Below are positions 12,570-24,520 of a DNA stretch of 33,861 nt, in pieces. The translations under genes were made by a program, and so were the position numbers. Numbering within the stretch: position 1 is the first letter of the stretch; each line of letters begins with the position of its first letter. Under the pieces are notes generated by a model. It searched no databases, had not been told where the DNA came from, and saw nothing but the letters and a program-made list of their open reading frames with translations. Source of the stretch: Catajapyx aquilonaris (Eukaryota). The stretch covers positions 1 through 33,861 of the forward strand of contig JYFJ02004219.1 in assembly GCA_000934665.2 (NCBI GenBank), in the 5' to 3' direction.

Positions 12570-12906
12570 GAACTGAATTGAAATTGAATGGTATATCTAT
12601 TGCTACCTGAAAAACGCTCAGGTGAGCCTATCAGCATGCGTTTCTCTACTGCTGGCGCAACCAATCTGACAATGTCGCGCGGCAGCACTGAAGATAACCA
12701 TCTGAACTGTCTATTTATGTCTCGACTGGATGTAAGAGTATGGTCAGACATTCCCTCCACCCACACTAGTCCCTCAATCAAGCCGACGTTCATGCGCTTC
12801 CCTCTGCTCATGGCCCACGCGAGGAGGAAGACACGGGCTTGGGATCGAACCCAAGACCCTTCCATCCGTAGGTTCGTACGTTACCGCATCTCCACTCCGC
12901 CTCCCC
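12570..12906 (-). mobile_element. tRNA-derived SINE with a tRNA-Arg(ACG)-like head
   Basis: A-box-like TGGAGATGCGG, B box GGTTCGATCCC, and CTACGGA resembling the Arg-ACG anticodon loop. (TTCAA)-like tail near 12570-12590. The 3' boundary is approximate. Confidence 0.65.
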
Positions 12907-13032
12907 GTCATAATATGATTGCCATTGTTCAGGTCTGCAATGGCTATTCCAGATAAACGGTAAAGGTGAGAGAGGTGAGGTGAGATTAGACCACGGCCAT
13001 AGAATATAAGGTCTGGTCACTCCCACCCACCC

Positions 13033-13346
13033 CCTGCCGACGTGTTTTGCAGAAGTTGCTCACTTGAGAGCGCCATGAGACATTTCAGCCTCCGTTTAAC
13101 TGGCGACCCTACCGGACTAACGCTGAACTTTATAGGTACAAAACTAACAAAAAGGAAGCGCTACACTAGTGGATCCAACATGGTTGCCGGCGGCCATTTT
13201 GTGCCCGCATGTAGCGCTCAACGGTAGCGCTTCCTTTTTGTACCTATAAAGTTCAGCGTTAGTCCGGTAGGGTCGCCAGTTAAACGGAGGCTGAAATGTC
13301 TCATGGCGCTCTCAAGTGAGCATCTTCTGCAAAACGCGTCGGCAGG
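13033..13346. mobile_element. Young foldback element with long near-perfect inverted arms
   Basis: About 110-bp outer arms (cctgccgacg...tataggtacaaaa) with about 2 mismatches, plus an inner pair aaaaaggaagcgctac/gtagcgcttccttttt. No clear TSD. Confidence 0.88.
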
Positions 13347-14799
13347 TGATAACAGCAGAAAGTCAAAGTAGTATGACTGTCCGGGGGCTGAGGATTAGAC
13401 TATCAGTAGCGCAGCCTCCGCCAGTTATTGAAAGTAGTAGAGCTTGAAGCTTGAAACATTCTTTTGCACAGAAGCGCAACAAAGTATCACACTCTGAATA
13501 AGTATATACTGTACTGCTGGAAAACCGATATCTACTTGCGATTCGCAAAGCAAAATGGTACAAACCGACTATATATTGCCGGCGAGAAAACTACCGAGCT
13601 CCACGTTACGTTTAGTAAAGGCATTGAAGTGTACTGTACAGTACGTCCACACTTTCATATGGCGTGCATGTTATTTATGTCATTTTTCCGAAGGATTATC
13701 CGGCTTGTCTCCCTCTGAAAGCACCTGGCGCTACCATCAAAATGGGACGATAAACTTAACCAATTCTGTTGTCAATACTGGATTTTACATTGTCAACGTT
13801 ATGCTTTTATTCTCAGTTGTCTGATAGTGTAAGGACGCAGATTTATTGCTGCAAGTACTACATCACATACACATTTGTTTCGTTGCCCCAAATGTGATGT
13901 TTTTACAACAGGATCTTTGCACTAATTCTGCGACATATCTCACTAAATCAGGCCTGATTTTTGCTAAACCATATGTGAATGATCCAACATGTCCACAACT
14001 ATGACACTATCTCACGTTGACGTCACGACAAGAAGTTTAAGGAGGTGTAATATTCGTTCTCAAATGTTTATACACCCTCCACCTGAATGCATTTAGGGTA
14101 AACAACATCAAAGGATCCTGGTGTGTAACACAGCACGGCATCCAATATGGAGTAGTGGTTTTCCCTGCTTGATAAATAAAAGTTTCAGTCTTCCTCTCAA
14201 GCTGTCAAGAGCAGTTGTTGTCTCAGAAGGTTCACTTCCTGACGTAAACAAGTTGCAATGCATGCTGGAGTTGAACCCCGGCAGACGGAGACGTGTGCGT
14301 TAGAATACTGTACGAAGGCAAAAGATTGGCCACAGTATGTAATAAGAAAATAAAAGCTCTTCCTTCACTATTAGCTATTGCATCGCACATTGGCCAACCT
14401 TTGCCAAGCTTTTGATTCTAGAACTTTGCAAACGGAATAATCTATCACCAAATACTTCCTAAGCAGTCCTGCTTTACAGGAAAATTTTTTAATGAGGCGC
14501 CATTCTGCGACATTGCTTGGAGTGTAAAACATTCAGAGCAGTTTGTTCAGTACAGATCGTTCGGATGGAATTCGAATTCTGTGAAACTGGGTAAATACAA
14601 GAAATGACTCAAAGCACGCGAACTTCCTTCAAATAACAAATGTTGCAATACACCCAAATTGGACAAGTGCCACTCATACATGTAACTGTACACGACCTAA
14701 CACACAGGAAGTCCACACTTTCACAAATGATCATTAAACACCCACCCCATCAATTTTGATATGTCCACCACACTTTTGTCCCCAAAATGAGGCCAAACT

Positions 14800-15000
14800 C
14801 GTACCAGTTCCGGTCGTCTTCCGTATAGTTTTCCAAAGCCGATCCCTGACTGCGCGTAATTTACCAGTGCCTCCCTGTGAATCCAACATAGCCCTGATGT
14901 AATCAAGCCAGGACCTTCCGCAGTTAACAGTGCTGCTCAAGAAAAGCAGCGGAAGCCAATCTGAGGGGACATCTGCATGTGGACTTCCGCATGTAAATGG
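14800..15000 (-). mobile_element. Probable decayed non-LTR retrotransposon (RTE-like) ORF2 C-terminal fragment
   Basis: The translation ...VPSDWLPLLFL...GRSWLDYIRAML...RAVRDRLWKTI resembles the RTE C-terminal pattern (P.DRLP...GR..RWLD.I...A.DR..W). Recalled similarity only. Confidence 0.4.
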
Positions 15001-16931
15001 GGGATTCGTCAGCAGAGTGGAACATTTTGGGACAATTAGGCAACCCATGCGGGGATAGAAAACTGGTCTCCTGGACACGCACTTTGATTGCGTTTTCTTT
15101 GGATGCGAGTTGGAAAGAGAGAAAAGAGAGGAGGGAGCAGGAAGAAGAAGGAGGAAAAAACCCCCCTCTGAAATCCACGGGGCACTACCTGAGGTGAATG
15201 ACCTGCCCACTGGAAAAGGAAAATTATTGGGGGTGGTCTTTCCACTGAGGAATTGGAAGCCGTATATAAATAATAGCTTTGGAATAATAAAAAAATGAAG
15301 CCCACTCATAGAAATCAATCTGAAAGGCCAACAAAACACCAATAATACAATCAGCGTGGCTACGGTTTACTTTGTAGGTCATTCGCTAGCCGAGGTAAAA
15401 GGGCTTTGCTTGGAGTAAAAATTCCGTTATTTTTTTTTTTTTTTTGTAAAACGCACCACGCAATCTCGGCAGGTATGACAGGAATGCTTGAAGGCCAGGT
15501 TCAAAATTTTTCCTTTCAACACGCATGGGACAAGATTTAAACCATGCCGTGACAATTTGATAACAAGGTTATTGTCCTTATGGAAAAATATATATTTATA
15601 TTCAGATTTTAGTGTCCTTGTTCATTTTGTACCAAAATTGCTTACATAACAACGAGCCGTAAGAAAATTTTCAGCTAACTTTTAAATCACAATATAGGAC
15701 AAATGTGCCCCTTGATATTGTTGTCCCACATTTTAAAAAGCAACAGGTTGCGAGCCCCGAGAGTACGCATTTACTACACAAAATCCCGGGCATGGAGATG
15801 ATATAAATTACACAAGACAAAACAGTGGCATTTCGACCCCCTGCTATTGTTACCTATGATCCGAGTAGGCAGAACTAATCTCAATACTTAAACTCATTTG
15901 CATACATCCTTGAACAAAATTCTTTCATCCGATTGGACCTAACTTTCGTGCAAAGTAAACTGCGCTCTTAATTAATCTCTCACATTCCAGACACCCTTTA
16001 GTAATTAAATTCTCCGCTAGCAACCACACTGCATCAGCACATCAGCAAACAAAACCCTCTAATAATTAGTTGGCTGTATTCATCAGCAGTGAAACTACTT
16101 ATAAAATAGGTTTCCACAACTTAATCCGCCTATTGAAATCAGTTTCCTCATTTATGCACGCCTGAGGTGAGCATCGCCTCCGTAACGAGTTAGCTGCCTC
16201 AATATGGCCCAGGAGGGAATATTGTCTACGATCACAAGTGGAGCTACTAACAACAGCACTGTAGTTTACCAGGTAATGGTGTTACTCCCACCTCACGGCA
16301 CTTTCTGTTGGCAAAATTTGTTCACGAGCTACCACCACGTTTGAATTCTCATCAACATACTGAATTTTTAGTGAAAATAAAAGTGGGTCAGGCTATAATC
16401 AGAAGCCCTACAGTGCGGCGCTGCTACTCTCAAAAATTTATTAAGTTCCACAACTACCCGAATATCAATTCTTGCAACCTCGTATGTTGTACTGTACATG
16501 TTTTGTAATGCAAATTCCGTAGCTTCAAAAATTTACTAGCCGTTAACTACAAACAACACAAAACATAATTCACGAAAACTAATGGGCACCTTGTCGTTTC
16601 ATCAAGCCATTAGACATTACTCACTGTCTCGTATCAACAACATTAATTCCATTCACGGCCACAAATTGCAAAATATTAAATCTTTCCTTTCCACACAACT
16701 TCTAATGCAAAATCATAATTAAACATCCGGTCACATCGCCTTGAGAATCTTATTTTCTCATTATTTTCTTACACCTCCTCTTCTCAACATAAACAAAAAC
16801 CAGCCACTACAGTCCTGCACTTCACCCTGAAGACTTCACATGGTAAAAGGCCCATTGTATTGCGATTTCATTTTGCTGAGGCAGGTAATAATGTTAAACT
16901 ACTAATAAGTCAAATGAATGAGATGACTTAC

Positions 16932-17037
16932 CTCCATTATGTTGCGAGGGCCACAGGGGATGGGAAAGGTGACTCCTCAAGAGCTGGTGGTCCTCCGGAT
17001 GAGCAATGGTGTAGACAGACTGGCCCATCAAGTCCAC
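16932..17037 (-). CDS. Met: Met-like gene, PAS-A core exon (VDLMGQSVYTIAHPEDHQLLRSHLSHPLWPSQHNG)
   Basis: The DLMGQS...HPEDH PAS motif continues directly from LLGHSQ. Acceptor tttcag (17038-17039), donor G|gtaagt (16926-16931). 106 nt, phase 0-1. Confidence 0.92.
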
Positions 17038-18679
17038 CTGAAACGAGATCATATTCAAATATGTAAAAACTTCATTCGAGCACTTATACCACATCTAATT
17101 AGCCAATACACCACGGACGTCATTATGGGGGAAACTTTTTTAATTCTAAAATTACAACTAGGATTTCGCAGATAAGCAAGGATCTCAAGGTGAGTGTACA
17201 GTATCCGTGAGAATAACTCGTCGGAAATTACTGCTGCCGTCGAAATATTCATGACGCTGGTGAGGCTGATTTACAATTAACCCAATTCCAGGCACCAAGC
17301 CTACCTCTCAGGCTATTTGAACTGGCGGCTTTCACGCCAAATCCCTATACTAAGAGAAAGTCATAAAAATTCCACAACACTCTATCCGGCAATGTGTAGG
17401 TCCTACATAATCGAAGGGGACCCTTTCGCTAATTTTGCCAACCAGTTTCGGCAGACTCCCCCAAAAGTGATCATTTTCTTGCAGAACCAGTTGCCGAAGG
17501 TCAGGTTTAGTTGGCCCAAAGTGGTCAAACCTATATCTACCCACCTTACTGTATGCATACAGTATAATAATGCAAGAACAAAAAAAAAGGAGGGCTACGT
17601 TACTCAACGGACACGGGGTCAAGTCGTCCAACGAGTTTCGCAATACTGGGTCCTTTTCCGCCATTTTTTTTGCACGCGTCGCATCAGGTAAAGGTCACCC
17701 GTATAAATAAACTGCGCACTTTTATCCAACAACGCTCATGAAATGGAATAAAAATGAGTCGTAATCTTTACGAGCTTTCAACCTGTCAAATTGTGACCGA
17801 TACGGTCTTAAATCGGCACTATCTGGTACTCAAAACTTTTTGGCGAGACCAGCGCCCCTCTGACGGTGACCGTGTCATCTCGCTCTTGATTGGCCCGCTC
17901 GGCTCGAGCAATATGAAAAATCTCCCAGCTCCCGAACTCGCACGCCACCAAAATCCCCTTTCAAGCCATTTTGAACCCACGCGATTTTCGGTCACCGAAC
18001 CACTGGCTAACGGTACTCGGTGCCAACAAGAGAGCTTCGTCGCCATGAGAAAGCAAAAAAAAAGAAAAAAAGGAAAAAAGGAAAAAAAGAAAAAACCAAA
18101 AACGCGGCGAAAAAAATTCTAACTCAGGCAACCATCCGTGATATCTCACAACTTTTATATTTTCTCCAATTAACCCGCGCAACTTGCAAGTACTGTTACC
18201 TTGACCACCGGATTTGATGTCCGCTAATTCCCCCTCCCCCCCCTCTGAACCTGTTCCCCCCATCCGAAAATTCACCCATGGGCCAAGGCCATTTTGGTAC
18301 TCGTCGCGTAACGATGGTTCAACGACACTGCCTTTTTTTTTGCGTGTAATTTTTTTATCCAGCCAGTTTATTCTCGCTCGGATACACCCCACAGATCCCA
18401 ATATTTCCGTTAGTTGGGTAGGTTCACAGGCATTGTGACGTGTTTTTAATTTCTTTTTCTCTCTCCTCCCCTGTGCCTATATGTCCTTCCTGTGCACTTT
18501 CAAGGGCATCTATACAACATACGTGGGGATTTCACAAACTTCTTCAGGTGAGGCCGGCCCCTTTTGTTGTCCTGCTTGGGGGTCGCCTGCCTATTAGGAC
18601 ATACCGGTACTGTAAAATACTTATAAATCGTATAAATAAATATATCAGTCACTGTTGTAATGTGTAATATATCTATGGT

Positions 18680-19100
18680 CAGAGATGGGCAGTATTTAAA
18701 TACTTTTTGGTATTTAGAGGTGCATTTATAACTACATTGGTTCTCCCGTATTTAAATACATTTCTGAGTATTTAAATACATATTGTAAATACTTTCCCTA
18801 ACTCCCTTTTAATTTATATTTGCATAATCCTTAATTCTGAAACCTAATTGTAGAATGGATATAAAAGTAGAAATCTGTTGTTTTCTTATTTTTATCCAAA
18901 GAATGGTGGTAAGAAATTAGTTGCACATTAACAAAAAATGTATTTGAAATGTATTTACAAATGTAAATACTTGTGATTTATAAGTATTTAGTATCTACAT
19001 ACTTTCTTATGCAGTATTTAGTATTAGCATTTAATTACATTTTATGCCGTAGTTAGTATTTAGTATTTAATTACATTCAAGTATTTAGTGCGCATCACTG
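18680..19100. mobile_element. hAT-type MITE with GTATTT subrepeats
   Basis: Termini cagagatgggca / tgcgcatcactg, 8-bp TSD tctatggt/tgtatggt (7/8), many GTATTT/AAATAC units inside. Confidence 0.8.
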
Positions 19101-21575
19101 TGTATGGTCAATTTTGGAGTGAAAATGCAAAACATCGCAATTCTTTTAACCTTCCAAGTTACGGATATTGCGGTTTGAGAATTCCTGATATACACACTTG
19201 TGCGCGAGATATCAGAAGTCAATTCGCATTATATGTATCCTGCCACGCTCCCTGTATACAAAGACGCTAATCGTTACCTGTGTCTATAGGCCTCTCCCTC
19301 AAAGTCGCTTCACTGCTTTAGTTGCACTGCTCTTATCAGCATTTTTGCAGCTGTTACGTTTCGGTTCGCATTGAATGTACCAGCGCGTAATGTGCAGTTC
19401 AGAGCTCGACTTTGATCCTTGCCTGCAAGGTGTGACAATAAAGGCCATTCATAGTAATCTGTAGAAGTACATCAAAAACAGTGCTAAAAGCACGTGTTGA
19501 CAACTAGGTGCTATTCACATGATCTATTGCTGCAACTCTTTAGACGGCTCTTAGGAGAACACTATGTGTGTAGCTCATCGCCGCGCCGGCGCAACAATAT
19601 TATTTCTTCCCCTATAGTTCCGCATAGGTCTATAATATTACATAACGCATGAGCTGACTGATATAGACACTCTGTAAGGCCAAAAAGAAGCGTCTTTGAA
19701 ACCTCTATTCGTGTTCCACTGCAGTTGACTCCAACCAATTATTGCAGTACCTGCTCTTAAAGGCGATAATACATGCTGGCATACAACTTCTAAAAGTGCA
19801 TTAATATTAATAAACTAATCAAGCCTACAAATAGTCAGTTTTCCCTTCCCCACGCACGTTATACAACTTGCAATTTCTTCACCGGAAAAGGCCTGACATG
19901 AAATCGATGCAGTGAAAATTATCCCCCCTCCTCCTCCTCCTCCTCCCTCCCTACCCCAATCCCCACCTCTACCATCCACCTTCCTTTCCTACACTCAATG
20001 CAAGTCTCCAACCCCCTTCTTAGCACCAAGTGGAGGCCTTGGAGCAACGCAAATAAATTCAGATCTGGGACATGAGGATTCACCTCCACAAATCACATTT
20101 CCACTTCCATCACTTTTCCCTTCTCCCCAATCCCTCACCCCGCACGCCCCCTCAACTTCTATTGCTTCTGAGCAAACAACTCCAGAAGCAGTATTTCATT
20201 TGAAAATCCTACAGGACCTAAACAATAAGGGCTCGGATACATAGGCCCTATCCTATGAGCTGCACGATCAAAGGTAAGTGGAAAAGGGTTCGCTCATGTC
20301 TATCAATTATATCAAACCGCATGAAAGGGCTATAAAAAGAAGAAGAAAATTTATCTCGCATGTTATTTTAATTTAATTGAGTTTCATACGTGATTATATT
20401 AACTACGCGATGATCAAACCTCATAATGTAATACAGTAACCAGGCACACAAGCATTCAACAGAATATTACTTTGCAAAAATTAAAATACGTGCAGTATCG
20501 AGTGTGTACACATACTATATCAGCAGGCACTTACATTTCAGTAGGGCCTACAATGTACTACATTTGAATACAAAGTACAACATTGCTGACACATGATTAC
20601 GCAACGTAAAGAAACCAAATGAATTGGCAAAAAAATTTGTACGATACATATTTTTAAACCTAATTTTCACTCTTTATTACGCAGGTGTTCAAAAGTCCCA
20701 CATTTGCATGTTTTTTTGTCCCTTTCTATATATGCACTTTCAAACCGTTCTCCTGGTTCTACGTTCTGCGTAATTAATTGATCCCTCTGTCATAGGAAGA
20801 ATAATAGATCTTTTTCTGGAAGCGGGAGATCACGTCCTCACTAAATCCGGGCTAAGCTGTGAACCATCCTCCCACCGTCTCCCAGCAACTGACTCAAACT
20901 TCCCATGATATAAACTAGGTCATCCATACGGATAAGACAAACCTGGGCGTTAAATAGGCCCATCTCTGGATCCGTGTACTGTACACCATTTCAACACATA
21001 ACCAAACTCTGGAAAAAAAAAAAAAAAGGCAATCAAGAACGCCATCCCATCCTCACTCGCTCAGCAACGGAAGTGGGGCTTCAATAGTATAGAAATTCGT
21101 ACACAATGGTTGTCACGTACATATAATACCCCCGTGTTCACCTTCATGTACCTCTATTTCGATACTGTAATCAACAACGCACCTATAGGGTTTCAGAAGT
21201 TATTATCCCTGGCTTAATTATTATGCAGCATATATCAAAGCGGGCGCTCTCATCCAGGTTGGTTTACCTTCCAGAGAGTTTCAGACTAAAACCGCACTTC
21301 CATACTGCCCTTTCATGTGTACTAGGCAGGCAAAGTGTTCTCGTCATATGTCTATCTCTCCCCCAAAAGGCACGAAAGAATGCGAAACTCTCTGTCCCCG
21401 ACAGTACCTGCGGGTAAAACGCACCTACTCATTCCTCATTGTTCACCTCAAAATTCGCGGGGGCCGGCTTTCAAAGACAGTGTCCACATACCGGTACCGG
21501 CAAGACATGAAAAATAAAACTCCCCATAATGGTCCCTGACGAGCTGGTTGCTGGGTTGACAGAAGTGCAATAGAC

Positions 21576-21577
<2 letters not shown>

Positions 21578-21640
<63 letters not shown>

Positions 21641-21877
21641 GATACCCCGTGATAGGCCTCCTTGGGCCTCTTAGGGGATCATCTTTTCGTGAACGGTCCA
21701 TAATCATTGCCTGCGCTGTGATGGATTTTGATTGTGGGAGGAAACGGGAGAACCCCGAGAAAACCCACGCGAACAAGGAGAGAACCCATCGAAACTATAT
21801 CCACAAGTATCCTCCGTCCGACCCGGGGATAGAACTCGGAAAGGCTGCGGCGCTAACCACTACGCCACCGTGTCGCC
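21578..21877 (-). mobile_element. Full-length tRNA-derived SINE with a V-SINE-like central domain and (TTA)n tail
   Basis: A box TGGCGTAGTGG, B-box-like GTTCTATCC, core gcgtgggttttctcggggttctcccgtttcctcccaca, long (TTA)n tail. Perfect 15-bp TSD aagtgcaatagacta (21563-21577, 21878-21892). Confidence 0.92.
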
Positions 21878-21966
21878 AAGTGCAATAGACTACAATAACA
21901 CATGCCCAAGCCTGATATGTACACAAACGCAATCAAATTTTGAGGCTGCACCAGTCTCCATATTTA

Positions 21967-22086
21967 AGGTGCGTTTACATGTGAGCGATTTGACGATTAG
22001 GCCACGTAACCCAAGTTTGAGGCGAAAATCGAGTGTTAATTTCAGCCTCGCTTCGCTCGTCAAATCGCTCACATGTAAACGCACCT
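21967..22086. mobile_element. PIF/Harbinger-type MITE (120 bp)
   Basis: Perfect TIRs aggtgcgtttacatgtgagcgatttgacga, with a TTA TSD. Confidence 0.88.
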
Positions 22087-22096
22087 TTATGCTTAA

Positions 22097-22705
22097 AGGT
22101 GGGTTTAGATGTGAGCGAAATGATCAGCGAAATGCATCGCGGCGATGCATTTCGACCGTGAATTGTAGCGGTTCTGACGTCATGACTCAAGCGATAGCGC
22201 TTAAGCATCGCCCGTGTGTTTACATGCCGGCGACGTGCATCGCCACGGCATGCCAACAGCATCGCCCGCGCAAAGGACTATCGGAAGGAGACAAAAGACG
22301 ATCGGGTTGTTTATGGCTCGAATTTTGGAATGGCGAAGAGACTCCCTCGGCCTGTATCGCGAATATACTCGGCTTCTGTGGTTTTGGTGGAACAAGGGAC
22401 CCTTGGGAGTGGTGGTGAGTAGGTATGACGTCTTCATCTGCGGCTTCTTCCCTCCTGACGCCATGTTGGAAATCGAACGAAAACAGGCGGGTGCCTTTCT
22501 GTCACCACACTCCGTCACAGTACAGCCACCCGAATACGCCACAAGTGAGCGACGATGTCGTCGCCATCTCCTTGAGCGATGTCATCGCCGAGGCCCTCCC
22601 TTCTTAAACGCGATTGCTACTTTCGGCCCAAATCACTGCTTTCGTTAGGATTTCATCGCTGGCGATGCAAATCGCTGATCATTTCGCTCACATGTAAACC
22701 CAGCT
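22097..22705. mobile_element. PIF/Harbinger-type MITE (609 bp), same TIR family as 21967-22086
   Basis: TIRs ag(g/c)tgggttta(g/c)atgtgagcgaaatgatcagcga, TAA TSD, internal GCATCGC/GCGATGC repeats. Confidence 0.85.
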
Positions 22706-22708
22706 TAA

Positions 22709-23210
22709 GGCGGCGCAGTACCCAAAAAATACGGTAACAATGCGGAGCACTATAGCGACGACCCAAACAAACTCGCTTATGCATGGGCAACATATGGGAA
22801 TTCAACATGTCTACGCTTCTGCGGCCGTACGGGCGCGAAAATGGTGCAATACACACACAAATATTGCACCAAAAAATAGCAGATGATCTGGCGCAGGAAC
22901 CTAGTTCGTATTTTCCCAATTTTTCGGCCTAGAAATGATCTTTTCATCGAGTTGAAGTGAGAGGAAAATGGCGTTCCCGAAAAGCTCATTTGAATAACAT
23001 GGCGGCAGGAAACGCGACAAAGTCGGGCACGCTTCTGTGCCCGTATGTCCACAATTTTAATGCATTCATATCGAGTATGGCACCATAGAAAGGCCAAACC
23101 TTATAGCAGAGCAACTAGTTCGTGATTTTTCAGATTAACGGCCCGTTTCGCGACAAAAAAATTAAGTCCGCTTCGAAACGCGCCTACCGTATTTTTGCTA
23201 CCGCGCCGCC
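22709..23210. mobile_element. TTAA-flanked MITE with GG...CC termini (Kolobok-like)
   Basis: TTAA at 22705-22708 and 23211-23214; TIRs ggcggcgc(a/g)gta..aaaaatacggta. Purine-start termini fit Kolobok better than piggyBac. Confidence 0.75.
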
Positions 23211-23595
23211 TTAAAATCGCGGCATCTCTGGTGCGAATAGGGTTGACACGGTGCAGTGCAAATGTCGCTGTGGGGAATAACAAATTAGTTACAATATGCA
23301 TTTTTATAATGCCCAACGGGGAACAGCGGTTGCTAGGAAACCGGGGATGTATTCCCTACACTTGCGAATTCTGGGAAATTGGATGCAATACCGGCCACCT
23401 AATATTAACATCGCTGATTCGATCAGTCCGAAGTCAACAGGTGGAAAGCCCTGCGATTAGTAAAGTTGGCAGGGCTAACCAGCGGCGTGAAACGCCAGTG
23501 AAAACTGATATGTCAACTGCCAAAATTATTTCCAGAATATTCATATCGGTGCAAATCCTACCAGCCACACTTGAGCGAATATCCGGACCAAAATA

Positions 23596-23785
23596 CAGGG
23601 TGGTCCAAGTTCAAGTGTCGTTTTATAACGGCGATTAATAGAAGCGCTTAACGATGACGTAGTAGCGACGTGTAAAATTGCCCACTTCGATTGCGCCGAA
23701 GTGGGACATTTTACGCGTCGCTGCTACGTCATCGCAAAATCCCTGCTATTAATTATAAAACGACACTTGAACTTGGACCACCCTG
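23596..23785. mobile_element. Tc1/mariner-type MITE, almost wholly palindromic
   Basis: Perfect TIRs cagggtggtccaagttcaagtgtcgttttataa, with a TA TSD. Confidence 0.9.
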
Positions 23786-24090
23786 TATACAAATATGTCA
23801 ACATCCATCGTCCATTACGCCAGATGCAGTCGAGATATCCCGTCGTACATTACATCAACCAATTTTCAATTTGACCCACATTGATATTATAATATTTACT
23901 GAACTTACACAACCCAACTATCGTCGCGGTGGATCCGCACCGATTAAATACCGATGCGTACGAGCAAACTCCTTACATGTCATTATCGACAATGTATGCA
24001 CCTAATTACGCGAGTGGTTAACCACTCGACAGCAGTTTTCAGTCTTTCGGTCCGTAAATTCGATCGAGTTTGCTTGGGACTAACTTGTAA

Positions 24091-24520
24091 GGCTGGGTTC
24101 ACACTAGGCGTTTTTGTCGCCTGCGACTTTGTTGCCGCGTTTTCGTCGCTGACGCCTCACGAGGTTCACACTAGGCGTTTTTGTCGCGCGTTTTGCTTCC
24201 CCTACTGATGCAAACCGAGCAGCGTTGCCAACCTGACCCTTAGCAACTACCGTTCCACAATAGTCAAAATTAAACACTTTTCACGCGACTTTGTCGCCAG
24301 GTGTGTCTGCCCCAACTGATTACCATGTGTTCAGTTTTCAGCGACTTTGTCGCGGCGTTTTTGTCGCGGCAGCAAAAACGCAGCATGCTGCGTTTTGCGG
24401 CGACCAAGCAGGAAAGAAGTCGTGGTGTGTCATGCCCCATAAGTTTGCATGTGTTCTGTTTTGAGCGACTTGTCGCGGCGTTTTTGTCGCGCGACAAAAA
24501 CGCCTAGTGTGAACCCAGCC
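24091..24520. mobile_element. PIF/Harbinger-type MITE (430 bp)
   Basis: Perfect 30-bp TIRs ggctgggttcacactaggcgtttttgtcgc, TAA TSD, repeated gcgactttgtcgc subunits. Confidence 0.92.

Noticed and set aside
12835..12906. tRNA gene
   Set aside because: It has Pol III boxes but no convincing cloverleaf or oligo-T terminator, and it continues into a SINE body. The same applies at 21877 and to the isolated B-box-like motif near 27348.
21732..22648. Longest ORFs in the track (228 aa and 144 aa)
   Set aside because: They run across a SINE and two MITEs. GC-rich repeats lack stops by chance, and I see no domain similarity.
24091..24520. CRISPR-like repeat array (gcgactttgtcgc units)
   Set aside because: The spacing is irregular, the repeats lie within TIRs and a TAA TSD, the context is eukaryotic, and there are no cas genes.
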